From: Methanobacteriota archaeon | GTDB lineage: Archaea; Undinarchaeota; Undinarchaeia; Undinarchaeales; Undinarchaeaceae | DNA: 64,000 nucleotides | Assembly (NCBI GenBank): GCA_002687935.1 | Contig: NZBN01000007.1 | Span: 5,030 to 69,029, forward strand | Direction of reading: 5' to 3' | Part shown: piece by piece, positions 56,017 through 64,000 of the stretch | Layout of the letters: each line of letters begins with the position of its first letter | How positions within the stretch are numbered: the first letter of the stretch is position 1 | Translations under genes and position numbers: made by a program | Notes under the pieces: model-generated | Database searches by the model: none | What the model was told of the DNA's origin: nothing | What the model saw: the letters and a program-made list of their open reading frames with translations, nothing else

Positions 56017-57057
56017 ATGAGCACAACTGGGAGAAAACTCGACCATATCAAAATTGTCTCGAATGAGAAAGTCGAGGCAAAAGAAAAAACGACACTTCTT
56101 GAAGAAGTTGAACTTATTCATAATTCTCTTCCTGGTCTTGATAGAGATTCCATAGATGTTAACATAGAGTTGTTCGGAAAGAAATTAAAAATACCTTTTT
56201 TAATAAGCGGAATGACTGGAGGTCATCCGGATGCGGAAAAATTTAATCTGGCTCTTGCAGAAGCCGCAGAACAGTCCGGTTCCGCCTTCGGTCTAGGTTC
56301 TCAAAGAGCAATGCTGGAGGACAAATCTCTTTCAAGTACTTACAAAGTCAGGTCAGTAGCACCCACTGCTCTTATTTTCGGAAATATTGGAATTCCGCAA
56401 ATCTCAGAGTATTCCCCTTCTGATATTTCATCAATGCTTGATGATGTCGGTGCCGATGCTCTTGCAGTTCATCTAAATCCTCTTCAGGAATCTGTCCAGC
56501 CTGAAGGCGATGTTGATATGGTGGGACTCGCCGCTTCACTAAAGGATTTAGTCAAAGAACTAGGATTTCCTGTTATAGTAAAGGAAACTGGAGCCGGAAT
56601 ATCAAAGGACGTTGCAAAAATTCTAATTGACTGTGGTGTTTCAGCTATAGATACAGGTGGGGCTGGAGGAACATCATTCGCCGCGGTCGAACTTTTCAGA
56701 AAAGAGGGCAATGAACTCTCTGAGTTCTGGGATTGGGGAATTCCAACTGCTGCGAGCATTCTTGAAATAAGAGCTGTTTCAAAGGAAATTCCTCTCATAG
56801 CAACAGGTGGTATACGAAGCGGATTGGATGTAGCAAAGGCAATCGCTCTGGGGGCAAATGTAGTTGGTATGGCCGGTCCAATGATAAAGGCGGCGACAAA
56901 AGGAAGCGCTGAAGTTCTTCTTGAAATTGAAAAACTCAGGAAAAGTCTAGGAACGGCAATGTTTCTTTGCGGGGCTTCCAAACTTTCTGAATTAGTCAGA
57001 GACAAAACAATTTTAAATGGTGCTCTCAGAAGCTGGCAGGATCAAAGGGGACTCTAA
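56017..57057 (+). CDS. fni: Type 2 (FMN-dependent) isopentenyl-diphosphate isomerase.
   Basis: TIM-barrel FMN-binding motifs. The ORF-track start at 56002 is also possible. Confidence 0.8.
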   Translation: MSTTGRKLDHIKIVSNEKVEAKEKTTLLEEVELIHNSLPGLDRDSIDVNIELFGKKLKIPFLISGMTGGHPDAEKFNLALAEAAEQSGSAFGLGSQRAMLEDKSLSSTYKVRSVAPTALIFGNIGIPQISEYSPSDISSMLDDVGADALAVHLNPLQESVQPEGDVDMVGLAASLKDLVKELGFPVIVKETGAGISKDVAKILIDCGVSAIDTGGAGGTSFAAVELFRKEGNELSEFWDWGIPTAASILEIRAVSKEIPLIATGGIRSGLDVAKAIALGANVVGMAGPMIKAATKGSAEVLLEIEKLRKSLGTAMFLCGASKLSELVRDKTILNGALRSWQDQRGL

Positions 57058-57058
57058 T

Positions 57059-57919
57059 ATGGGAAAAAGAAGCGCACTTCCAAAACATATACACACTTTG
57101 GATTCAGTTCTCAAAATGACAAGACCTTCTGCAATAATTACATATATTATTCTTATTTTTGTAGCATTTCTTTCAACAGGCGATCTTCCGTCTACTGGTA
57201 TTCTGTCCGCAACCTTGATTGCAGTTCTCTCAGCTGCTGCAGGCGGTTTTCTTTTAAATGATTACTACGATTTGTATATAGATAAAATAAATCGTCCAGA
57301 CAGACCACTTCCTGCTGGAAAAATAACTCCTGCAGCAGTCTGGGTTTTCTCACTATTTTTCTATGCTGTTAGTATCTGGGCGGCATCAAGTCTTCCTCTC
57401 GTCACCTTCATATTCATTTCAGGAAACCTCTTTCTTCTTTTCCTCTATGCAACTACTCTGAAGAAAGTAGGATTTATTGGAAACATTGCAGTTGCCTATC
57501 TGACGGCGTCTGTTTTCATTCTCACAACATCCGTCGTCGGAGACATCGCGGCCGGAGCAGTTCCAGCTGCTTTGATATTTCTTTATATGGGGGCGCTTGA
57601 AGTTCTCAAGGATATGGAGGATGTCAAAGGGGATTTTAAATTCGGAGTAAGAACCCTTCCGCTGACACATAAAGACCTTGGAAAATATGTTGCACTGGCA
57701 TTTATGGCTCTTACAATAGCTCTGAGTCCAATTCCGTATTATCTTGAAATATTCTCAATAAATTATCTCATTTTGATTCTTATCGTAGATGTATTACTTG
57801 CCTTGTTAATGCGTTCTCTCTGGCGAGATTCTTCACTATCTTCTGTAATCTTCTATGTAAGAAGGATAAAGGCTTCAATAGTGCTTAGTATGGCTGCCTT
57901 TATACTCGGAGTTCTGTAG
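57059..57919 (+). CDS. UbiA-family prenyltransferase, likely digeranylgeranylglyceryl phosphate synthase.
   Basis: 8-9 TM helices and Asp-rich NDxxDxxxD motifs. Start is 2 nt after the fni stop. Confidence 0.75.
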   Translation: MGKRSALPKHIHTLDSVLKMTRPSAIITYIILIFVAFLSTGDLPSTGILSATLIAVLSAAAGGFLLNDYYDLYIDKINRPDRPLPAGKITPAAVWVFSLFFYAVSIWAASSLPLVTFIFISGNLFLLFLYATTLKKVGFIGNIAVAYLTASVFILTTSVVGDIAAGAVPAALIFLYMGALEVLKDMEDVKGDFKFGVRTLPLTHKDLGKYVALAFMALTIALSPIPYYLEIFSINYLILILIVDVLLALLMRSLWRDSSLSSVIFYVRRIKASIVLSMAAFILGVL

Positions 57920-57961
57920 CGGAAGGCATAAAAACAAGAAATCAGACAGAAAAATTCTAAA

Positions 57962-58645
57962 ATGAAACTTGCAGCACTTTTCAGTGGAGGAAAGGATTCA
58001 ACAGCATCTCTCTACAAGGCGATGCAGGACGGCCATGAAATAACTCATCTAGTTACTGCTCTTGCCTCAAATCCTGACAGCTATCTTTTCCATACGTCTG
58101 CAATAAATATGGCAGAACTTGCGTCAGAAGCCATGGGAATACCTTTGGTAAAAGTTCCCATCGAGAGCACTTTCGACACTGGGGAGGCTGAGGAGCTCGA
58201 AGAAGCTCTGTCAAAACTCGACATAGATGGAATTACTCTCGGCGGAGTAAGCTCAAATTACCAGGGAAATATTTTCACAGGAATCGCAAGCAAGCTCGGT
58301 CTTGAAGTTGTCGCCCCTTTTTGGGAAAAGCCACATGAAGAGCTTATAGATTACGCACTTGACGAAGGCTTTAAAATAATTTTCGTCTCTGTTTCTGCAG
58401 ATGGCCTCGATCAATCTTGGCTCGGACGGGAGCTGAACAGGGAAACTTACGAAGAGCTCAAAAAAATAAGAGAAAAGTACCGTATAGATATAGGCGGCGA
58501 AGGTGGAGAATATTGTACTCTTGTTATTGACGGACCAATTTTCAAGAAGAGAATAAAGATAGAGAATTCAGAAGTTTCATGGAAGGGAATGGCTGGAAAA
58601 CTTATAATAAAGAAGGCAAACCTCTCTGAAAAAGTTACACAGTAA
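57962..58645 (+). CDS. PP-loop ATPase of the MJ0570/diphthine-ammonia-ligase (Dph6-like) family.
   Basis: SGGKDS PP-loop at the N-terminus. Confidence 0.65.
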   Translation: MKLAALFSGGKDSTASLYKAMQDGHEITHLVTALASNPDSYLFHTSAINMAELASEAMGIPLVKVPIESTFDTGEAEELEEALSKLDIDGITLGGVSSNYQGNIFTGIASKLGLEVVAPFWEKPHEELIDYALDEGFKIIFVSVSADGLDQSWLGRELNRETYEELKKIREKYRIDIGGEGGEYCTLVIDGPIFKKRIKIENSEVSWKGMAGKLIIKKANLSEKVTQ

Positions 58646-58676
58646 GTTATTTAATTGCCCTGATAATAGTTCTTGT

Positions 58677-59462
58677 ATGAATATTTTAAAGAAATTCTCA
58701 AGGTCTCTAAAAGCTCTAAGAGATATGTACTTTATCTGGAAAGAAAGACCTTTCAGTACAGTTCGTGAGATATCTGATATTTATCATAAGCGCCCGCTTC
58801 TCGATTCTGCATATACTTCTGCAGTAGAAATGCTAAAGCGCGATTCCTATATGTTCAGCGAAGCCTGCGCAGCAGTTCTTGATGATGTCAGCATAAGGAC
58901 TCCAAAAACCAAAGGTTCAATCATCACGACTCTGGAGTCAGAAGATGAAAGAATAAACCTTTATGAACGTGATATAAGAAAGAGAATTTTGAAATATCTC
59001 GCAGAAAACTCAGCTCCTGATGTAAAACGTTCTTTGGTTCTCACAAGTCTTGTTATCGATCTTGAACAGCTTGGGGACTACACAGTTGAAATGGCAAGAC
59101 TGACTCTTTTAAATCCCCATAAAGTTGACAATAGTCTTCATATGAAGACTATGCGAAATTATCGTGATAGACTGAATATGATGTTCTCACTTTCTGCAGA
59201 GGCTCTTGCTGAAAAATCAAAGAAAAAGGCCACTCAGGTCAGCAAGCTAAACCAGGGACTTCTTACAGACTCTGAAAAATTCCTCAGAAAACTAGAACGT
59301 GGAAAGAATCTGCGCATGGCGGATGTGATGTTCTATATGCTTCTAACGAGATACTTCAGAAGAGTCGGAGGTCATCTGGAAAACATATCAATGGGAATTT
59401 TCCAGCCCTTCCAATATGTCGGTTTTAAGAGACATACAAAACACAAGCCAAAAAAGAGCTAA
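58677..59462 (+). CDS. PhoU-domain protein (phosphate-uptake-regulator-like).
   Basis: Two repeats resembling the PhoU ExxGDxxxNIA motif (EQLGDYTVEMA, RRVGGHLENIS). Confidence 0.5.
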   Translation: MNILKKFSRSLKALRDMYFIWKERPFSTVREISDIYHKRPLLDSAYTSAVEMLKRDSYMFSEACAAVLDDVSIRTPKTKGSIITTLESEDERINLYERDIRKRILKYLAENSAPDVKRSLVLTSLVIDLEQLGDYTVEMARLTLLNPHKVDNSLHMKTMRNYRDRLNMMFSLSAEALAEKSKKKATQVSKLNQGLLTDSEKFLRKLERGKNLRMADVMFYMLLTRYFRRVGGHLENISMGIFQPFQYVGFKRHTKHKPKKS

Positions 59463-59463
59463 A

Positions 59464-60150
59464 TTAAAAACCGACTCTGGTTCCTGTAAATTCCTTTTTG
59501 TCTAGAATATTTCCAATATTTTCAAGATCCTTTCCATTAACCACTGCGGCGTGTATCTTATTTTCTGAGAGTATTTTGGCTGCCACAGGATCCATAATTG
59601 TTGAAATATTTGCCTTGTGCTCTCCACTGCCTGCAAGGTCTTTCAGTTCATCAAAACTTACTGACTCAAGTTTTTTTGCATCCTTAAATTTATTCGGGTC
59701 TTTGTCATAAACATAATCAACATCAGTGCACTTTATGACCATTTCAGCGCCCCAGACTTCTGCTATCTCCGCTGAGACTGCATCTGTTCTCTGTCCTGGT
59801 CTAAATCCTCCTGCAACAATAACCTTTCCTGGACTTTCTTCAGAAATTTTAAGAAAATCTTCTTCTGACTTTGCTATCTCATCAGCCGCCAAATCTCCAA
59901 GAGCTGTTACAAGTAGTGAAGCATTTACTCTGGATGCCATTATTCCAACTGTATCAAGAAGGTCTTCATCGCTGGTGAATTTTCTTCCCAGCTCTCCATA
60001 CTCTCTAGAGAGTTTGCCCCCCCCTACAACCACAGCAATCTGGTGGGTTTTTGCCCATTCACTTATTTTTGAAGAAAATTTCTCTAAAAAATCCTTATCT
60101 ACGCCTTCGGCTGAGAATACAGATCCTCCCAGTTTCAAAACGGTTTTCAT
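59464..60150 (-). CDS. pyrH: Uridylate (UMP) kinase.
   Basis: Amino-acid-kinase fold with KLGGS and VVVGGG motifs. Confidence 0.85.
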   Translation of the reverse strand: MKTVLKLGGSVFSAEGVDKDFLEKFSSKISEWAKTHQIAVVVGGGKLSREYGELGRKFTSDEDLLDTVGIMASRVNASLLVTALGDLAADEIAKSEEDFLKISEESPGKVIVAGGFRPGQRTDAVSAEIAEVWGAEMVIKCTDVDYVYDKDPNKFKDAKKLESVSFDELKDLAGSGEHKANISTIMDPVAAKILSENKIHAAVVNGKDLENIGNILDKKEFTGTRVGF

Positions 60151-60151
60151 C

Positions 60152-60358
60152 TTATTTGCTTCTAAGAACTACAGCTCTTGATATATATCCGGCAAGTCTG
60201 TTCCTTATTCTCTTGCTAGGACACTTCAGGCTACCGTTTTCTATAATTTCATTAAGAGCAAGCTTATTCTTGTCAAAATCCACACTATAGTTGTCTGGAC
60301 TCCTTTCCAAGAGTTCGTCTCCTACTCTCTTAACGAATGTTTGTATTATTCTTCCCAT
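60152..60358 (-). CDS. rps17e: Ribosomal protein S17e.
   Basis: MGRIIQTFVKR and SKRIRNRLAGYISR match the S17e consensus. Start trimmed to ATG 60358. Confidence 0.65.
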   Translation of the reverse strand: MGRIIQTFVKRVGDELLERSPDNYSVDFDKNKLALNEIIENGSLKCPSKRIRNRLAGYISRAVVLRSK

Positions 60359-60412
60359 ACCTCGTTTACTTGATTCAAAAAGATTAAAAAGCTTTCCATA
60401 CAGGTTCAATGC

Positions 60413-61378
60413 ATGTCAAAGCAAATAGTAGTCACTCCCTTTGGTATTTATTCCTCTGAAGGAGGTAAACTTAGCCTGGAGTCTGAGTTTTCAACCAGTC
60501 CAGCTGAGGCGGCAAAAACTCTGAGGAACTATGAAAAAACAGAAACTTTGCCTGAATTAGACGTCCTTCTTGAGTCTGGAGCTGAATTTTCAGCAGACAG
60601 CGAAGCTTCAATAGATGCCAGATTGCGTCTCGATGAACTCGCAAAGGAGAGAGGGATTGATTTAGATAAATATATTCACGCTCTTAACCAGGAACTTACA
60701 AAACTGAGGATGCATGAAGAGCTGGCTTCCCCTGACAGAAGAATTATCCAGGCTGTCAACTCCCTTGAAGAGATGGACCCCCTTGTAAATGTTCTTTCTG
60801 AGAGACTCAGAGAATGGTCTTCTTTATATTCTCCAGAGCTCAGTCGCTCTGTACAGAAACATGATGATTTTTTGATAAAACTTTCCCAGCAAAAGGAAAT
60901 ATCCAGCGAACTTGGGGCAGTTTTCGAAAGGTCTGATACAGAAGTTCCCAAAGGTATAGCACATTCTCTCTCAGATATGTATGAAACACGAACCAGACTC
61001 CGCGAATACCTTGAGAAAATGATGAGGGAACACTATCCAAATCTCGAAGCTGTCGCTGGAAGTCACATTGGGGCTCAGCTTATGGCTCTTGTCGGAGGTG
61101 CCAAGCGTCTGGCAACAAAGCCTTCGAGCACAGTCCAGGTTCTTGGAGCTGAGAAGGCACTATTCAGGCACGTCACAACTGGGGCAAAGCCTCCAAAATA
61201 TGGAGTTCTTCTGCACCATCCTGTGATAAATGACCTTCCGAAACATCTTCGGGGGAAGGGAGCTCGGATTCTTGCAGGAAAAATATCCCTTGCAATAAGG
61301 GCTGATGTCTACGGCTCAGGCTTTTCAGCTGACAAACTCAATGAAAGCCTGGACAAGAGGATAAAAAATCTAAAATGA
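60413..61378 (+). CDS. nop5: Nop5 (Nop56/58) C/D box snoRNP protein.
   Basis: NOP domain (GAKPPKYGVLLHHPVI). Confidence 0.8.
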   Translation: MSKQIVVTPFGIYSSEGGKLSLESEFSTSPAEAAKTLRNYEKTETLPELDVLLESGAEFSADSEASIDARLRLDELAKERGIDLDKYIHALNQELTKLRMHEELASPDRRIIQAVNSLEEMDPLVNVLSERLREWSSLYSPELSRSVQKHDDFLIKLSQQKEISSELGAVFERSDTEVPKGIAHSLSDMYETRTRLREYLEKMMREHYPNLEAVAGSHIGAQLMALVGGAKRLATKPSSTVQVLGAEKALFRHVTTGAKPPKYGVLLHHPVINDLPKHLRGKGARILAGKISLAIRADVYGSGFSADKLNESLDKRIKNLK

Positions 61379-62028
61379 AACTTCTAAAAAAACTCGGAAA
61401 AGAGTATGCAACTCTTAGCTTAGTTTCGGGCAGAAAGGTCTACGGAGAACGACTCAAAAAGATAGACGGAAAAGAATACAGATTCTGGGATTCTTACAGG
61501 TCAAAACTTTCAGCGGCGCTTACACTTGGTCTCAAGAATATGCACTTTGAAGAGGATTCAAGTGTTCTCTATCTTGGAGCCGCAAACGGAACAACTGCCA
61601 GTCACATATCTGACTTAGTTCCAAAGGGAACTGTATATTGTGTTGAGTTTTCCCCAAGAGCAATGGCGGACCTTTATCCACTTTGCAAAAAGAGGAAGAA
61701 TATGGTTCCTATACTCGCTGATGCAAATCGCCCAATCCAATACGCTCACCGCATCGGCCAAGTCGATATAGTTTACCAAGATGTTGCACAGCGCCATCAG
61801 GCTGACATTCTTATCAAAAATGCAAAAATGTTCCTCAAACCACGAGGCTGGACATATCTTATGGTAAAAGCCCGAAGTATAGACGTTTCTGAAAATCCAA
61901 ATAAGTTATTTAACATTCTCACAAATCAGCTTAGGTCAACATTCGACACTGAGGAAAAACTTAAGCTCGATCCCTACGAAAAAGACCATATGTGCATAGT
62001 TTCGAGGCTGAGAAAAACAATACGATGA
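61375..62028 (+). CDS. flpA: Fibrillarin (rRNA/tRNA 2'-O-methyltransferase).
   Basis: SAM-MTase motif VLYLGAANGTTASHISD. Confidence 0.85.
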   Translation: MKLLKKLGKEYATLSLVSGRKVYGERLKKIDGKEYRFWDSYRSKLSAALTLGLKNMHFEEDSSVLYLGAANGTTASHISDLVPKGTVYCVEFSPRAMADLYPLCKKRKNMVPILADANRPIQYAHRIGQVDIVYQDVAQRHQADILIKNAKMFLKPRGWTYLMVKARSIDVSENPNKLFNILTNQLRSTFDTEEKLKLDPYEKDHMCIVSRLRKTIR

Positions 62029-62963
62029 TTCCTGAGAGTTCCCAAAGAGAGAATCTTCTGGAAAGAGCCGCCGGACTTTTGGAAGCCCTCGGATTTTCAG
62101 TAGCACGTCAGCTTACTCCAAGCTGTTTCGACCTTCTTGCTCGTGACGGAGATACAATATTCTTGCTTAAAATTCTTTCAAACGTAGATTCTCTTACAGA
62201 GGAGCAGTCCATAGATCTCCGGCGCGTTTCCAATGTTATTGGAGCAAGTCCAATGCTAATTGGTGAGTCCGCGCGTGGCGAGACAATGATGGAGCACACA
62301 GTCTACGAACGCTACAATATTGCCTGCGTCAGTTTCAAAACATTTGAAAATGCCCTGTCGGAACATCACTTTCCCTTTGTTTACTCAAAGAAAGGCGGAT
62401 TCTATTCTCATCTGAATACGGACTATCTCCGGAAGTTGATGCAGAAGAACAATATCTCTGCCGGAGCCTTGGCGCGCGAAGCTGGTATCTCAAAAAGCTC
62501 GCTCCTGAATTATGAGCGCGGGCAGGGGGCTAGCATCGAAAACATTGAAAGGCTCCAGGAAGCTCTTGGAGATTTGGTTCTTGATCCTATAGATGTTTTC
62601 CGATTTGAAGAGGAAAGTCCAGAGCTTTCCGGTGGAATAAGTAAAATTGAAAAGGTAGTAGAATCTCACTTCGGAGATATTGGCTTCAGAACAGCGGCCG
62701 TTACCAAAGCTTCCTTCAGCCTCGTTGGCAGGAGCAAGAAGGATATAATCTTCACTGGACTCAAGTCAAAATCCCTGGAAAAGCGTGCAAAGGATATAAG
62801 GGAGTCTTCAAAGGTGCTCGGACAGCACGGAATGTTTGTTCTCAAGAAAACAGAGGAGAGACAAGTCAGTGGTGTGCCAGTACTCGGAGAGCAGGAATTC
62901 CAGGAAACAGTAACTTCAAAACAGCTTCTAAAGCTTCTGAGAGAGCTTGAGGAAGTTGATTAG
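62025..62963 (+). CDS. Putative archaeal transcriptional regulator with a central XRE-type HTH (COG1395-like).
   Basis: ISAGALAREAGISKSSLLNYERGQ HTH region. ATGA overlap with the fibrillarin stop. Confidence 0.5.
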   Translation: MIPESSQRENLLERAAGLLEALGFSVARQLTPSCFDLLARDGDTIFLLKILSNVDSLTEEQSIDLRRVSNVIGASPMLIGESARGETMMEHTVYERYNIACVSFKTFENALSEHHFPFVYSKKGGFYSHLNTDYLRKLMQKNNISAGALAREAGISKSSLLNYERGQGASIENIERLQEALGDLVLDPIDVFRFEEESPELSGGISKIEKVVESHFGDIGFRTAAVTKASFSLVGRSKKDIIFTGLKSKSLEKRAKDIRESSKVLGQHGMFVLKKTEERQVSGVPVLGEQEFQETVTSKQLLKLLRELEEVD

Positions 62964-64000
62964 TTTCCATTTTGTTCTGGGTTCCGTCCTACAACGTTAG
63001 CAACTTCCAAAGAGGTCCAGCGTTTTTCTGGAAGCCCTATCCAGGCCCAAGGTAGTGTATTTATAATGCTAGTGTGGCTTGTAAAAGCCGTAGCTTCGGC
63101 CGAAGTCAAAGACAAGGCATCTATTTCTGCTATGTAAATATGACTTGGCTCTGCTAAGAGTGCTATTTCTGCCTTACCGTCATTATCCAAATCTCCACAG
63201 GCTATATCAAGCCAGTCCTGTTTCCAGTGAGTTGGACAAGAAGTTAGGTGGTAAGCTCTTGACATAGATGATATTGTTGGACACCCATTATTATCAGAAC
63301 TTGTTATATTTACTGCAATTTTTGGTATATTTCTAATTGTCTTACTTGATATTGAATTATTTATGTAAATTTCAACACTATCCCTTCTTTGGGAATTCAT
63401 ATCAAAAGAGGATACTGTTTCCATTGCTGGTATGCCTATGTACCCTTCAGAATATTCCCAATCTCCGCAGTCAATCGGCCAGTCCTCATGACTTATAGTA
63501 TATGTATCTAGATTGGAATCTAGCCAATTAAAATTATTACTAAAAGTTCTGTCATCTTCCAGGTCTACTAAGGAAAAGATGCAATTTCCGGAAGTTGTAC
63601 AGACTTTCATTACAGGTTTCAAGGTAGCTAAGTTAAAAGTGTCAGTTACTCTACAAGAATCATCAGATGCAAAACAACCAGAACTGCATTCCGCCTGCCA
63701 TCCAAAGGCTCCCCACAAATCTTGTCGCAGAGTAATTAAGTCGTTTTTAATCCCATCACCATCAAAATCGCAAATTGATGCCCCTGTATAATATCTGCTG
63801 AATCCTGAACTAATTGAGCCCAAATCTTCTGCACTACTAACTACAGCTCCTGTAGCGTATACACCTGCAAGCCATCCTGACTCAAGTTGGAAGAACTCAA
63901 TCTCAAGTGTTCTCATCTTTCGAGGAGATTTCTCCTCATTTGTGGTGCTCCTATAAATAAGGACTATATTATTTTCACGCCCATCCAAATCGCTATCTGA
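62960..64000 (-). CDS. Secreted FG-GAP/VCBS-repeat surface protein, partial (N-terminus lies beyond the window end).
   Basis: DxDGDGxxD repeats (CDFDGDGIKND, CGDLDNDGKAE). The frame is open to position 64000. Confidence 0.55.
   Translation of the reverse strand, partial: SDSDLDGRENNIVLIYRSTTNEEKSPRKMRTLEIEFFQLESGWLAGVYATGAVVSSAEDLGSISSGFSRYYTGASICDFDGDGIKNDLITLRQDLWGAFGWQAECSSGCFASDDSCRVTDTFNLATLKPVMKVCTTSGNCIFSLVDLEDDRTFSNNFNWLDSNLDTYTISHEDWPIDCGDWEYSEGYIGIPAMETVSSFDMNSQRRDSVEIYINNSISSKTIRNIPKIAVNITSSDNNGCPTISSMSRAYHLTSCPTHWKQDWLDIACGDLDNDGKAEIALLAEPSHIYIAEIDALSLTSAEATAFTSHTSIINTLPWAWIGLPEKRWTSLEVANVVGRNPEQNGN

Noticed and set aside
1-64000. CRISPR arrays, transposases/IS elements, integrases or toxin-antitoxin pairs.
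   Set aside because: No direct-repeat/spacer arrays and no transposase- or integrase-like ORFs were seen. The only repeat structures are short intergenic operator-like palindromes and the tRNA-His leader duplication.

Overview
This is a low-GC archaeal chromosome segment. The archaeal assignment rests on Sec61beta, aMBF1, fibrillarin/Nop5, S17e, DGGGP synthase, MVK/IPK/IDI-2, a split LplA and archaeal-type tRNAs; a Thermoplasmatota-like origin is only a weak inference. Most of the window is housekeeping: pyrimidine/PRPP genes (pyrK, pyrC, prs, rpiA), topA, serine-pathway enzymes, thrS, carAB, tmk, gdhA, hisS, lipoate ligase, mevalonate/ether-lipid genes, pyrH and C/D snoRNP genes. Two regions stand out.
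(1) A tight, co-directional 12-gene operon at 13729-24468 is led by an Lrp/AsnC regulator. It encodes a legionaminic-acid-type nonulosonic acid pathway (Gfo/Idh/MocA-NeuA-SDR in C. jejuni ptmF-ptmB-ptmA order, NeuB, hydrolysing 2-epimerase, aminotransferase, acetyltransferase, and a CBS-fused dehydratase). It also carries a HisF-like/HisH-like/PseA-like amidotransferase trio that predicts an acetamidino sugar.
(2) An arginine-decoding supercluster at 30451-37182 has four tRNA-Arg isoacceptors (GCG, CCU, UCG, UCU) on one strand flanking argS. argS is translationally coupled to an upstream 103-aa ~45 percent lysine polybasic protein that starts 8 nt after tRNA-Arg(UCG). An M20 peptidase + GCS2 carboxylate-amine ligase pair sits in the same cluster, and carAB lies next to it.
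A second cognate pair, tRNA-His (encoded G-1) 21 nt upstream of hisS, shows the same tRNA-aaRS tandem architecture, with a degenerate duplicate of the tRNA-His 5' region just upstream. Genes missed by the ORF track include Sec61beta, a candidate small zinc-ribbon ORF, a 59-aa membrane ORF and a candidate C/D box sRNA. All calls are from reading the sequence and translations by eye; no database search or folding was run.
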